The position numbers were made by a program, and so were the translations under genes. DNA of 64,000 bases. Origin: an uncultured Bacteroidales bacterium (GTDB lineage: Bacteria; Bacteroidota; Bacteroidia; Bacteroidales; JAADJA01). The notes beneath the pieces are model-generated. The model was not told the DNA's origin and searched no databases. It saw only the letters and a program-made list of their open reading frames with translations. The number at the start of each line of letters is the position of its first letter. The stretch's first letter is position 1. The stretch covers positions 7,936 through 71,935 of the forward strand of contig CAVXTE010000059.1 in the NCBI GenBank assembly GCA_963764475.1, in the 5' to 3' direction. Below, one piece after another: positions 10,696-21,900 of this stretch.

Positions 10696-11040
10696 TTATT
10701 TTTCCGGCCTTCTATCGTAATGGCAGCAACCCGGCAATGCATCGTACGTCTTGTCATCTGCCTTTTTTAAATCCGTATCGTGACCCACATCGGCAATGGC
10801 CTGATGAATTTTATCGAGCGTAGTTTTCGAATCATCAAACGTCACTTCGATCATTTTGGTTTCCTGATCCCAGTCGGCTGAGACCACGCCGTCAACCGCT
10901 TTTACGGCTTTTTCGATACGGGTCTCGCACATTCCGCAGTTGCCGTATACCTTGAATTTTTCTGTTTTATTGGCACCCAAAACCGTGAGGCTGCCGATCA
11001 TAAACAATCCGAATAAAAGACTGAACACTTTTGTTTTCAT
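10696..11040 (-). CDS. Heavy-metal-associated (HMA) domain periplasmic chaperone
   Basis: Signal peptide; VYGNCGMCETRIE; LPGCCHY. Confidence 0.9.
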   Translation of the reverse strand: MKTKVFSLLFGLFMIGSLTVLGANKTEKFKVYGNCGMCETRIEKAVKAVDGVVSADWDQETKMIEVTFDDSKTTLDKIHQAIADVGHDTDLKKADDKTYDALPGCCHYDRRPEK

Positions 11041-11083
11041 TTTACTTCAATTTTAATTAAACATAAATTTATTTGATTTTTAC

Positions 11084-13537
11084 TTATTGATATCTTAACC
11101 TGAGGGCATTTGAAATGACGGAAACCGAGCTGAAGCTCATCGCGGCCGCTGCAATCACCGGGCTTAACAACAGTCCGAAAACAGGAAACAAAACACCTGC
11201 TGCAACAGGCACGCCGATCGAATTGTATACAAAAGCAAAAAACAGGTTCTGTTTGATGTTCCGCATCACTTTATGGCTCAGGTCGCGGGCCCGTACAATA
11301 CCATTCAGGTCACCCTTCACAAGGGTGATCTCCGCACTCTGCATGGCGATGTCAGTTCCGGTGCCCATCGCAATCCCAACATTGGCTTGCTCAAGGGCAG
11401 GTGCATCATTGATGCCGTCGCCGGCCATGGCTACAAAATGACCCTGTTCCTGTAATTCCTTAACTTTTCTGAATTTATCATCGGGCAGGCAATCGGCAGT
11501 AAAACCATCTAATCCCAATTCATCGGCGACGGCTTTAGCTGTAAGTTGGTTGTCACCTGTAAGCATCTGAACCTTTATGCCCATTTTTTGTAATTCCTTG
11601 ATGGCTTTGGCTGAGGTTTCTTTGATTTTATCTGAAACACTCACCATGCCCTCTACACTTTCCTCAATCATTAAATACATCACAGTTTGTCCCTGAAGCT
11701 GCCATTCTTCAGCCATTTTCTGCTGGTCATCGGTCAGTGATGCATGAAAATCTTCCACCAGCCGATGGTTTCCCAACCCGATTTTCTTTCCTTCGTAAAG
11801 TGCCTGTACCCCTTTCCCGGTAACAGATTCGAATTTGTCGAGCTGAAGAAGCTCCAGTTGATTGGCTTTTGCACCAGCAACAATAGCATCAGCTAACGGA
11901 TGTTCGCTATTGGCATCAACAGAAGCAGCCAGTTGCAGGATTTCTTTATCGCTTTGATTGGTAAATGATTTAAATTCTTTCAACCCAGGCTTCCCTTCTG
12001 TTATGGTACCGGTTTTGTCAATGATCAGTATATCGACTTTATTCATTTCCTCAATCGCACGGGCATCTTTCACCAGCACGCCTGATTGAGCTCCCCGCCC
12101 GGTTCCAACCATGACCGACATCGGAGTGGCCAGTCCCAGCGCACACGGACAGGCTATTACTAATACCGCAACAGCATTCACAAAGGCATAAACATATGCC
12201 GGCTCAGGTCCCCAGATGGCCCATACTGAAAATGTGATGATGGCAATCGAAATCACAATCTGTACAAAATATTTGGCTACTTTATCTGCCAGATTTTGGA
12301 TCGGTGCACGTGACCGGCTGGCCTGGTTCACCATTTCAATGATTTGTGCAAGCAGTGTATCATTCCCCACTTTTTCAGCCTTGAATTCAAAAGCGGTTTT
12401 TCCGTTAATCGTTCCGCCAGTCACTTTATCGTCTTTTGACTTTTCAACAGGAATCGGTTCACCGGTCATCATGCTTTCGTCGATGACTGCTTCACCTTTA
12501 AAGATTATCCCGTCGACCGGAATTTTTTCACCAGGCTTTACTTTTAAAAGATCACCGACTTTTACTTCTTCCAAAGGTATTTCTTCTTCGATACCGTTAT
12601 GGATAATACGGGCCACGGGAGGAACCAGTCCCAATAAGGCTTTAATAGCCGAATTTGTTTTTCTGTGTGCGCCCAATTCGAGTACCTGACCAAGTAACAC
12701 CAGTGCTAAAATGACGGCCGATGCCTCGAAATACAGATGCACATTTCCCTGGGGATCTTTAAATTGAGCAGGGAAAAGACCGGGTAAAACCAGCGCAAAT
12801 ACGCTGAAAAGATAAGCCGCTCCAACACCAATCGAAATCAGCGTCCACATATTGGGCGACCGCCGAATGATCGAACTCCAGCCCCGTTTAAAAAAGACCC
12901 AGCCCGAATAAAAGACCACCGGGGAGGCCAGAAGGAATTCAATCCAACCCCAAACTTTTTTAGAAGCTAAATCTTCGAGATGCAGGAAGCTGAATAAGCT
13001 TGACATGGCGATGATAAAAACAGGAATGCTAAAGGCAATTGCAATCCAGAACTTTTTCAGCATTTTTTTGTAAGCTATTTCGTCCTCGCTTGTTTCTTCG
13101 CCTTTTTCGGGAACCAATGTCATCCCACATTTTGGGCAGTCGCCGGGGTGGTCCTGCTTCACTTCGGGGTGCATCTGGCAGGTATAAACCGTAACTTTAG
13201 CACTGAGGCTTTCTTCCTTCTGAAGATGCATGCCGCAAACCGGGCAGTCACCAGGCTTGTCGTATGTTTTGTCGCCTTCGCAGCGCATCGGGCAATAGTA
13301 TTTGCCTTTGCTGCCATTGTCAGCCTTTGATGCGTGCTGGTGCCCGTGATGGTCATGCTGAGGCTCATTGTTCTCAGCTTGATGATGTTCATGATGCATG
13401 TGGTCACGCTTTTCATGCTCATCAACCGGGACAAGGTGCATGTTGCAAACCGGGCAATCGCCCGGTTCATCATAAACCTTATCGCCTTCGCATTTCATCG
13501 GGCAGTAATATTTTGTCTGTTGTTCGGTTTCCATCAT
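11084..13537 (-). CDS. copA: Cu(I)-translocating P1B-type ATPase with N-terminal heavy-metal-binding domains
   Basis: CPCALG, DKTGT, TGE, SEHP, GDGIND and YN..GVP motifs; N-terminal CPM.CEG/CQMHP domains and a His-rich linker. Confidence 0.95.
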   Translation of the reverse strand: MMETEQQTKYYCPMKCEGDKVYDEPGDCPVCNMHLVPVDEHEKRDHMHHEHHQAENNEPQHDHHGHQHASKADNGSKGKYYCPMRCEGDKTYDKPGDCPVCGMHLQKEESLSAKVTVYTCQMHPEVKQDHPGDCPKCGMTLVPEKGEETSEDEIAYKKMLKKFWIAIAFSIPVFIIAMSSLFSFLHLEDLASKKVWGWIEFLLASPVVFYSGWVFFKRGWSSIIRRSPNMWTLISIGVGAAYLFSVFALVLPGLFPAQFKDPQGNVHLYFEASAVILALVLLGQVLELGAHRKTNSAIKALLGLVPPVARIIHNGIEEEIPLEEVKVGDLLKVKPGEKIPVDGIIFKGEAVIDESMMTGEPIPVEKSKDDKVTGGTINGKTAFEFKAEKVGNDTLLAQIIEMVNQASRSRAPIQNLADKVAKYFVQIVISIAIITFSVWAIWGPEPAYVYAFVNAVAVLVIACPCALGLATPMSVMVGTGRGAQSGVLVKDARAIEEMNKVDILIIDKTGTITEGKPGLKEFKSFTNQSDKEILQLAASVDANSEHPLADAIVAGAKANQLELLQLDKFESVTGKGVQALYEGKKIGLGNHRLVEDFHASLTDDQQKMAEEWQLQGQTVMYLMIEESVEGMVSVSDKIKETSAKAIKELQKMGIKVQMLTGDNQLTAKAVADELGLDGFTADCLPDDKFRKVKELQEQGHFVAMAGDGINDAPALEQANVGIAMGTGTDIAMQSAEITLVKGDLNGIVRARDLSHKVMRNIKQNLFFAFVYNSIGVPVAAGVLFPVFGLLLSPVIAAAAMSFSSVSVISNALRLRYQ

Positions 13538-13632
13538 GCAGTTTTAGATTAAATGTATTGACTTAAGAGGTCGGAATTTCATTGTCGCCAGGCTTAATAG
13601 TCTCAACATATGTTTCTGTTCTTATAATTACA

Positions 13633-13767
13633 TTATCTATCGTGATGAGTCAAATGCCGAAAAATGTCAGTTGAAATGAAGATCATCCATAAAACTGCTG
13701 TCAGGATACTAATTCCGAACAACAGACCAAACACCGTTAAACCACTTATTTCAATTAAAATACTCAT
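13633..13767 (-). CDS. Small 44-aa single-pass membrane protein (absent from the ORF track)
   Basis: MSILIEISGLTVFGLLFGISILTAVLWMIFISTDIFRHLTHHDR*; A-rich leader (AACAAACAAAAAGATCA) before the ATG; co-oriented within the copper cluster. Confidence 0.55.
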   Translation of the reverse strand: MSILIEISGLTVFGLLFGISILTAVLWMIFISTDIFRHLTHHDR

Positions 13768-13862
13768 TGATCTTTTTGTTTGTTTTAAGTTGTTGGAAAT
13801 GCAGGGATCGCAAACGCTTTTTAAAACTTAGTTCGGTGCAGTCCCTGCTTCCTTTTTGTGAA

Positions 13863-14477
13863 TTAATTATTTTGTGAATCGTTATTGTTCATGCCCATGT
13901 TTCCATTGGAATGCATTGGCTTTATTGTTCCTTTTTTACCGATCATCCCGTTGTTTCTCATATCGTTCATAAGCATTTGCATCATGGCAGGATGCTGCAT
14001 CATAATGGAACTCATATTATTCCCCAGGTCGGTATTCTGTTCCCCGATTTTCATCATATTGCCCATCATTTCCGACATTACTTCCGGATGCGTAGACCAC
14101 ATATTCATCATGGTATTGTAATTCATCATGGGGTACTGATTGTACATTCCCATGTTACCATTGTTTCCCATCATCGTATTTCCGTTCTGCATTCCCATGT
14201 TGCCGTTTTGTGCCATCATGGAGTTCCCCCCGTTCATCCCCATATTTCCGTTATTTTCTGACATCCGGCTGTTTTGCCTCATCATCATACTGGCATGTTC
14301 GTTGCCGTTCGCTGCTTTCATAAAGTCGGTCATCAATTCATGACTGTTCATGATAGTGTTAAATATCTCAGTTCGTGTTTTGGGCTTTTCAAGAAGTCCT
14401 TTTATATCTGTTTCCTGACCCAGACTATTGAACGTTACCAGGGTCATCATCGAAATTATTAATGCTATTGTTTTCAT
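13863..14477 (-). CDS. Secreted Met/Asn/Gly-rich protein, probable Cu(I)/Ag(I)-binding
   Basis: Signal peptide; repeated NGNMGM units; very high Met content; located in the copper cluster. Confidence 0.7.
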   Translation of the reverse strand: MKTIALIISMMTLVTFNSLGQETDIKGLLEKPKTRTEIFNTIMNSHELMTDFMKAANGNEHASMMMRQNSRMSENNGNMGMNGGNSMMAQNGNMGMQNGNTMMGNNGNMGMYNQYPMMNYNTMMNMWSTHPEVMSEMMGNMMKIGEQNTDLGNNMSSIMMQHPAMMQMLMNDMRNNGMIGKKGTIKPMHSNGNMGMNNNDSQNN

Positions 14478-14563
14478 GACGTTTAATTTTAAAAATTTAC
14501 AGTTTCATTTTATCTACTCAATTTTGAAAGCTTAAAGCGCATCTGTATTTTTAAGCAAGAATA

Positions 14564-14785
14564 CTATTGAATATCTCTCTTTTTCTCTTCAAACTCTTCC
14601 TTGCTTAATTCGCCCTTAGCATATCTTTCTTTTAAAATATCCAGGGCGGATTTGGTTGTTCGTGCTGAGTTGCTGTTTTGATTGATGGTTCTTATGACCA
14701 GCCATACAATCAAAACAAAAATAAGAACACCGAATATCCAGCCAAATCCCATTCCCCATCCCCAATTCATTCCGTACATTGTCAA
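14564..14785 (-). CDS. SHOCT domain membrane protein
   Basis: GWGMGFGW plus a TM segment, then [24 protein letters not shown]. Confidence 0.85.
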   Translation of the reverse strand: MTMYGMNWGWGMGFGWIFGVLIFVLIVWLVIRTINQNSNSARTTKSALDILKERYAKGELSKEEFEEKKRDIQ

Positions 14786-14961
14786 TCTTCTTTATTATTT
14801 AATTAAAATCAATCGGTTACATTTTAATGTTCCCTTACAACCGTATTTCAAGGAACAAACACCACTATTTGTTACAGTTAGCCCGAATTTTACCGGCGTA
14901 AATTGAATCTTTAAATTCTTTATTTTCAATCAAGAGATTATCAGATATTCTAACCTGATAG

Positions 14962-15180
14962 TCAATCTTCTTTTTTCACGGGTACCAGTTTCATATTGCA
15001 TACCGGACAATTGCCGGGTTCATCATAAACCTTTTCGCCTTCGCATTTCATCGGGCACTGATATTTGGTGTCCTGCTGCGAATGTTCTTCGTGCTGATGA
15101 CTGTGTTCGGCATGGCCAGATCCTTCCATCGAAAGATTCGTTCTGCCGAAGTTTCCGAATATTTTCTTTAGATTTCTCAT
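14962..15180 (-). CDS. Stand-alone heavy-metal-binding domain protein
   Basis: His-rich stretch followed by YQCPMKCEGEKVYDEPGNCPVCNMKL. Confidence 0.85.
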   Translation of the reverse strand: MRNLKKIFGNFGRTNLSMEGSGHAEHSHQHEEHSQQDTKYQCPMKCEGEKVYDEPGNCPVCNMKLVPVKKED

Positions 15181-15402
15181 TGTTTTAAATTTTTATGCTA
15201 CCATAACAGTAAAGCAATTAGTTACCGTGTATGAAGCTGTTTAACTATTAAATTAATTTACTTGCATTAAATACATGTTCTTTAAATTCATAATCTCTAA
15301 AAATTAAATGAAATAAATCGCGAAATGTTATATGTTTCAAGAATCTGCTTCATAAATTATGTTAAAATACATCTTAATTAAAATTTTGTCACTTAAGTCA
15401 AT

Positions 15403-17235
15403 CTAATATTCAAAAGTTTCTCTCGTTTCACCGCACTTCAGCATCTTGTTCCCGAAATAGGGGTTTTCGATGTCTTTCTTTTCACTGAACCAGTATGCTC
15501 CTTTATTTTTAAATGCCATCGGACAGTACTGGTAATACGCAGTATCATTGGAAAGTCCAAATCGTTTCATCACTTTATAAAAAGTGAGGTTAAAGTCGGC
15601 AAAACCCTGGCGCTGCACTTCGATATCATCAGTCACTTCTATTTTATTCAGGGCTTTCTTCAATGGATCCAGATACTCCATCCATTCCATATGAGCCTCT
15701 CCGCTTAGTAGTTCCATATTTACCTGCTTCAATTTTTCGAGGACTGATTGGGCCGCTGTTTTAACTTTACCAGCATCAGATTTCACAAAATCGTTTTTCA
15801 TCGGCAGGTAGGCATTGAAAACCGAAGTAAGTTGTTTTATAAATTCAGGATTAACGGGTGTCTTTTCTGCAGATTTTGCTGTTTCTTCCTTCGAGGTTTT
15901 TCCGGCATTGGTTTTCATTTCACCGCCACCCATATCCATGCCCGGCATACTGCCTGCCGATCCGGTGCCACCTTCGGGATTCATCATGCTCGGTTTACCG
16001 GCAAGCTGGGCTGCAGCGTCAATCTTGAAGACACCATTTACTGCGATTTCTTCCCCTTCATTCAACCCACCGGCTACAACATAGAAATCGCCTGCTTCCG
16101 GGCCCAATGTGATTTCACGATAGTGGAATGTTGGCTGATTGCGGTCAGGAACCTTGACATAAACAACCGAACGCTTGCCTGTCCAAAGGATGGCAGTTTT
16201 CGGGATCATGAGATCTTTTTTATTTCCTGCAATCGAAGAAGTAACGATCCCGTTTGCAAACATTTCAGGTTTGATCAGATCATCGGGATTTGGAACTTCA
16301 ACCCTGACATAAGCTACACGGGTTTTTGGATCGATAGTGGGATCGATGAAACTGACCCGGCCAGTGAAATTTTTACCGGGCAATGAGCGAATCGTAAAAT
16401 TAACCTTATCATTCATCCTGATCCATGGGAGATCGCTTTCATAGGCTTCAAACATGACCCACAATTTTGCCAGATCGGTGATCTGAAATAATGGGCTTCC
16501 TTCCTTGATGTAATCACCTACAGATACATCGCGGCGGGTAACGGTTCCGGTTATGGGTGATAAAACATCAAAATAATTCATCGGCTTACCTTCCTTTTCA
16601 ATGGATTCGATCTGACTATCCGATAGTCCCCATAGTTTTAACTTGCTTCGGGCGGCCCGGTAAAGTTCAGGATTACTTTCCTTGTAGCTCATGGCTTCAA
16701 GCAATTCCATCTGGCCCGATACCAATGCCGGTGAATAGATGGAAGCCAGTTTTTCGCCTTGCTTCACAGTTTGACCGGTAAAATTGATGTACAGTTTCTC
16801 AATCCTGCCACCATAACGGGCAGTGAGTTCAGCAATGTTCCGTTCATCCGGTTTAATTTTGCCAAGCAGGTAGACTTCTTTGTCAGGATAGGCTTTGCCA
16901 ACGATCATCGTTTGTACATCGGCGATTTTAATCGCCTCCTCCGACATTTGAATTTCATCCGGCGACACAGCCGCTTCTTCAGCCGAATATTCCGCAAGGG
17001 GGATCAGATCCATTCCGCATATTGGACATTTGCCCGGATGATTCATTCGGATTTGTGGATGCATGGAGCAAGTCCAGATTTGATTTGTTGATTTGTTGAT
17101 TTGTTGATTTGTTGATTCAGGGATTTGTTGTTCCGATGACGGCTTCCCGATGAAAAAACCGATCAGTATCCCTGCGATCAGCACCACAACCATTAAAATG
17201 TAATTGCGTTTTATATTTCCAACTATTTTTTTCAT
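15403..17235 (-). CDS. cusB: CusB-like RND periplasmic adaptor with C-terminal DUF3347-like domain
   Basis: WTCSMHPQI..PGKCPICGMDL; membrane fusion protein core; C-terminal YCPMA....GAYW.SE...IENPYFG.KMLKCG. Confidence 0.9.
   Translation of the reverse strand: MKKIVGNIKRNYILMVVVLIAGILIGFFIGKPSSEQQIPESTNQQINKSTNQIWTCSMHPQIRMNHPGKCPICGMDLIPLAEYSAEEAAVSPDEIQMSEEAIKIADVQTMIVGKAYPDKEVYLLGKIKPDERNIAELTARYGGRIEKLYINFTGQTVKQGEKLASIYSPALVSGQMELLEAMSYKESNPELYRAARSKLKLWGLSDSQIESIEKEGKPMNYFDVLSPITGTVTRRDVSVGDYIKEGSPLFQITDLAKLWVMFEAYESDLPWIRMNDKVNFTIRSLPGKNFTGRVSFIDPTIDPKTRVAYVRVEVPNPDDLIKPEMFANGIVTSSIAGNKKDLMIPKTAILWTGKRSVVYVKVPDRNQPTFHYREITLGPEAGDFYVVAGGLNEGEEIAVNGVFKIDAAAQLAGKPSMMNPEGGTGSAGSMPGMDMGGGEMKTNAGKTSKEETAKSAEKTPVNPEFIKQLTSVFNAYLPMKNDFVKSDAGKVKTAAQSVLEKLKQVNMELLSGEAHMEWMEYLDPLKKALNKIEVTDDIEVQRQGFADFNLTFYKVMKRFGLSNDTAYYQYCPMAFKNKGAYWFSEKKDIENPYFGNKMLKCGETRETFEY
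17082..17129. repeat. 8-bp tandem repeat (GATTTGTT, six units, one variant) inside the cusB 5' end
   Basis: Directly visible; encodes QQIPESTNQQINKSTNQI. Confidence 0.85.
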
Positions 17236-17236
17236 T

Positions 17237-17584
17237 TTACTTACTTTTTGATGTTGAAATTATCTTATTCAAGAGTTTTTGAACCGATAAAAGCAAACTT
17301 TCAATATCGTCCGAAGGATTAGGATAAGTTTTTCCCGCTTTAATAAGTTCAAGCCAGTATTTGGTTTCTAAAGCTTCTTTGTGAGCTATTTTTAATTTAT
17401 GTATGAAATCGGTTTTACTTTCAGCACTTTGAGCTTCAGTAATGTTTGCTCCGATGGAAGTTCCTGAGCGTAAAATCTGCCGGGCAAGTACAAATTTTTT
17501 ATGATTTTCCAGTTCTTCTGAAAATTCAATTATTGATAAAGCCAGCTTAAAACTTACTTTTACAATTTCATTTTCCTTATTCAT
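17237..17584 (-). CDS. Four-helix-bundle protein (23S rRNA intervening-sequence protein / Avd-like family)
   Basis: QILRSGTSIGANITEAQSAESKTDFIHKLKIAHKEALETKYWLEL. Confidence 0.9.
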   Translation of the reverse strand: MNKENEIVKVSFKLALSIIEFSEELENHKKFVLARQILRSGTSIGANITEAQSAESKTDFIHKLKIAHKEALETKYWLELIKAGKTYPNPSDDIESLLLSVQKLLNKIISTSKSK

Positions 17585-17617
17585 TGCATTATTTTTAAAA
17601 TAATTTCCGATTTACTA

Positions 17618-17673
17618 AACCTCACATCACCACATCCTCACATTATCAAATCACCAAACCACCACATCATCCA
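17618..17673. repeat. Degenerate 8-bp tandem repeat upstream of the four-helix-bundle gene
   Basis: aacctcac atcaccac atcctcac attatcaa atcaccaa accaccac atcatcca. Confidence 0.7.
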
Positions 17674-17674
17674 A

Positions 17675-18931
17675 TTATTTCCCCATGAGATACATGATAA
17701 ATGCAATGGCTGCGTCTTTATCAGCCCGGGCTTTTTCAAGTTCAAGTTTATATTTCAATAGTTGCCTTTCCATGCGCAGTACCTCGTCAAAATTCTTTCC
17801 GCTGGTTTCATAGTCAGTTTGAAGGATGCGCAACGCCTTATTGGCCCGATCGGTCTGCAGCCTGAACAGTGGTAACCGCCGGTCGGCATCTCTGTAATCT
17901 TTGTTGGCTGATTCGAACGTCGTTTCAAGCATATTAATCTTATCGGCCTTTTGGTTCTGCGCTGATTCCTGCATCAATACGGCTTCTTTTGCCATGGAGG
18001 TATATTTCTTTCGGTAAATAGGAATCGTAATACCAATCATGGGAAAAACAATGGCATCCTTTCCCGACTCCGAAGCATCCACCATAGGATTTGAGCTTTT
18101 TCCGGTGATCATATAATCCGCACCGATCAATAAATTTGGTGCTCCCATTTTATGAGCTGCGATTTCCTGTTTTTGATAGGATGCTTCAGCAAATTCCAGT
18201 TGCAAAACCTGATGATTGCTGTTGCGAATACTGTCGAGTATCGCTTCATTTTTATAAGCCAAATTGTTGTTTGCTAAAGAATCGGGGACCGAAACCTCCC
18301 TGTTTTCATCCACATTTAGCAAATTGTTGAATTCTGTCTGTGCAGCAAAATACTTGTCCTTGAGAAGCGCCAACTGATTCTCAAGATCAGAAATTTCAAT
18401 CTCTACCCTTAATACATCTACTGTTGACGTTAACCCCGATTCCACTTTGATGAGGGCCAGCTTCCTGAAAATATTCAGAATGCCGATGTTTTCGTTTGTA
18501 ATGTCGATTGCCTTTTGCGTGAAATAAAGGTTGTAATAAGTTGATTTTACATCGTAAAACAACCTGGATTTCGATTCCTCGAAAACCTCATATTTGGATT
18601 TGGCCATTTCGGTAGCCACATCTTTTTTTGCGCCCAGAGTGCCGAACCAGGGAAACATTTGTGTAGCCGAAATTTTAGCCCGTTGTGGGCCAACCCTGGT
18701 TTCAACGGGCTGAATAAAATAGCCGAATGTGATTTGCGGATCCGGCAAAGCCCCTACCTGCGGCACTTTTTCGAGGGCAGCCATGTACTCACTGAATTTT
18801 GCTTTCACTCCCGGATTATTTTGAGCGGCTTCCATCAGGTAGCTATCAAGATCATTCTGAGCGAAGGAGTCGATCGCAATGAACATCAGAATAAACCACG
18901 ATAATATGATTTTTTTATGCATTGTTTTCAT
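17675..18931 (-). CDS. TolC-family outer-membrane efflux protein (CusC-like)
   Basis: ALPDPQ..FGYF; TQMFPWFGTL; operon position after cusA. Confidence 0.9.
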   Translation of the reverse strand: MKTMHKKIILSWFILMFIAIDSFAQNDLDSYLMEAAQNNPGVKAKFSEYMAALEKVPQVGALPDPQITFGYFIQPVETRVGPQRAKISATQMFPWFGTLGAKKDVATEMAKSKYEVFEESKSRLFYDVKSTYYNLYFTQKAIDITNENIGILNIFRKLALIKVESGLTSTVDVLRVEIEISDLENQLALLKDKYFAAQTEFNNLLNVDENREVSVPDSLANNNLAYKNEAILDSIRNSNHQVLQLEFAEASYQKQEIAAHKMGAPNLLIGADYMITGKSSNPMVDASESGKDAIVFPMIGITIPIYRKKYTSMAKEAVLMQESAQNQKADKINMLETTFESANKDYRDADRRLPLFRLQTDRANKALRILQTDYETSGKNFDEVLRMERQLLKYKLELEKARADKDAAIAFIMYLMGK

Positions 18932-21900
18932 CGTTCACTATTTTTGGTTTTGCACGTTTTACTTTCGATTCCTGCCACATGCTGTAGAGGACGGGCACGA
19001 CAAACATGGTCATCACCTGCAGGGTCATCCCTCCAAAAGATGGAATGGCCATGGGTACCATGATATCAGCTCCTTTTCCTGTTGAGGTTAATACGGGTAT
19101 CAGGGCTATAATTGCGCAGGAAGCTGTCATCATCGCCGGGCGAACTCTTTTGATACCGGCATGCAGTACCGATTCTCTGACAGCGTCAACGGTGGCGGGT
19201 TTTTCTTTTTCAAACACCTGCATCAGGTAGGTTCCCATGATCACCCCGTCATCGGTGGCAATACCAAACAGGGCGATAAATCCCACCCAGACAGCCACAC
19301 TCAGGTTGATGGTATGCATCTGGAACAGGTCGCGCATGTTGACCCCGCCAACATGGAAATTCAGGAACCAGCCCTGACTGTATAAGCCAGAGCATCAGGA
19401 ATCCCCCGGAAAATGCGACAAATATTCCGGAAAATACCATACCAGATGTAACACGGATCTGAACTGGAAATATAAGATCAGAAAGATGAGGATTAGCGAA
19501 ATGGGAACCACCAGCATCAGCCGTTTGGTAGCCCTGATCTGGTTTTCGTAATTTCCAGTGAATTTATAACTCACACCTGCAGGAAGGTTGAATTCACCGT
19601 CTTCTGTTTTCTGCTGAAGGAATTTTTGTGCATTGGCTACAACATCGCCTTCGGCAACATCCTGTTTTTTATCGAAAATCACATAACCTACCAGAAAGGT
19701 ATCTTCGCTTTTGATCATTTGCGGACCGCGGGTATAGGTGATCTCAGCCAGTTCACCCAATGGTACCTGAACACCTGTCGGTGTAGGGATCAAAATGGTT
19801 TTCAGGTCATCGGGATTATCACGGTATTCTCTTGCATAGCGCACTCTGACAGGAAAACGTTCTCTGCCCTCAACAGTTGTGGTCAGTTTCATACCGCCAA
19901 TGGCACTGCTGATGTACATCTGCATATCATCGATGGTTAGGCCATAGCGTGAGATGGCTTCCCTGTCAATCTTAATTTCAAGGTAAGGTTTACCGACCAC
20001 ACGGTCGGCAAAAACAGAAGATGGCTCCACACCAGGAACTTCTTTAAGCAGATTTTCAATTTCATACCCTGTTTTTTCAATTGACTGGAGATCGGGACCA
20101 TAAACCTTTACACCCATCGGAGCCCGCATTCCGGTCTGCAGCATGACCAACCGGGTTTGGATAGGCTGTAGTTTCGGGGCCGAAGTCATGCCCGGAATTT
20201 TAGATGACCTTACAATCTCCTGCCAAATGTCATCGGGTGTATGAATCTGATCGCGCCACTGACGAAAATATTTGCCATGATCATCCTGAATTAAATTCGC
20301 CTTGTCAATCAACTTAAACCCATCTTTCTCAGTATCGTAAGTTGATCCGTCTTTCAAAACATAAGCTCCGTCTTTATCCGTCTTGAACCGCATCCGATGA
20401 CCGTTTTCATCCAGGATGTACTCGGGCCTGTAATTGATGATATTTTCAAACATCGAAATCGGTGCCGGATCGAGTGCGGAGTTTACCCGGCCCCATTTCC
20501 CGACAGTCGATTCTACTTCCGGAATATCATTCACTTTCATATCCAAAAGCCGGATTACATCCATGTTTTCTTCCACGCCGGAGTGCGGCATGGTTGTCGG
20601 CATAAGCAGGAAAGACCCTTCATTTAATGCAGGCATAAATTCCTTCCCGATACCCGGAAATGTTTCGGTAAATTTTGTCCATACCCTGGTATTCCTTGCG
20701 TCAATTCCTATTTTATTAAATGCATTGGGTATGAACCCAAATATTTTATCCGAACCCTGCCAGATCATAATTCCAAATAAGATCAAAATGATTGGGACAG
20801 CAAGAAATTTCCATTTATTGGCCAGGCACCATTTCAGGATCTGCGTGTAATAATGGACAACGGTCATCAATGTTCCCAAAACCACTGCAAGAATTGAGAT
20901 CACGAAAAAGAAGTTGCCAAAGGTGCTGTTTTTAGCGCCCAGTGGCATCCATTCGATGGTGAGGTAATAAACCACAATAATCAGCGCAATGCCGATGTTG
21001 ATCAGGTTGGGAAACTTTTTACGTTTTTCGGGCCAGCGGTAAGCCAGCAGGTTATTGATCCCGAAGGCCACCAGTGCCAATGCTTCCCATTTTCCACTTA
21101 CGATTAAAAGCAGCACTCCCAGAGCCATCAGGATAAAATTCCAGATCCTGCTGATCCGTTTTTTATCGAACCGGATGGAAAAAATGACATGAGCCATCGC
21201 CGGAATGATGACGATTCCAATTACCAGTGAAGACAACAAAGCAAACGTTTTCGTGAAGGCCAGCGGTCTGAACAGTTTTCCTTCGGCAGCCTGCATCGCA
21301 AAAACAGGTAGAAAACTTACGACAGTAGTCGCCAATGCTGTTATGATAGCTGAACCGACTTCGACAGTGGCCGTATAGATCACATTCAGCAGGTCTTTTC
21401 CCCGGGCATTTTTGTTTTCAGGCATATCGAGATGCCGGATAATGTTTTCCGTAAACACGATCCCCACATCCACCATCACACCAATGGCAATGGCAATCCC
21501 TGATAAAGCAACTATGTTGGCATCCACACCGAATTGCCGCATTGTAATAAATGTCATCAGAACGCCAATCGGCAGGAGACTCGAAATCAGAATCGATGCC
21601 CTCAGGTTCAATACCAAAATGATGACCACAATAATGCTGATGAGTATCTCACCGGTCAGGGCTGATTCAAGCGTACCGAGAGTTTCTTTGATAAGGCCGG
21701 TTCGGTCGTAAAAAGGAACAATGGTTACTTTGGAGATCTTGCCATTGTCAAGTTTTTTTGAAGGAAGTCCTGGTGTTATCTCGGCGATTTTTGCCTTTAC
21801 ATTATTGATTACTTCCATTGGATTCGCACCATATCGGGCCACGACGACACCGCCAACAGCTTCCGCACCATCTTTATCGAGGCCGCCACGCCTCGTGGCC

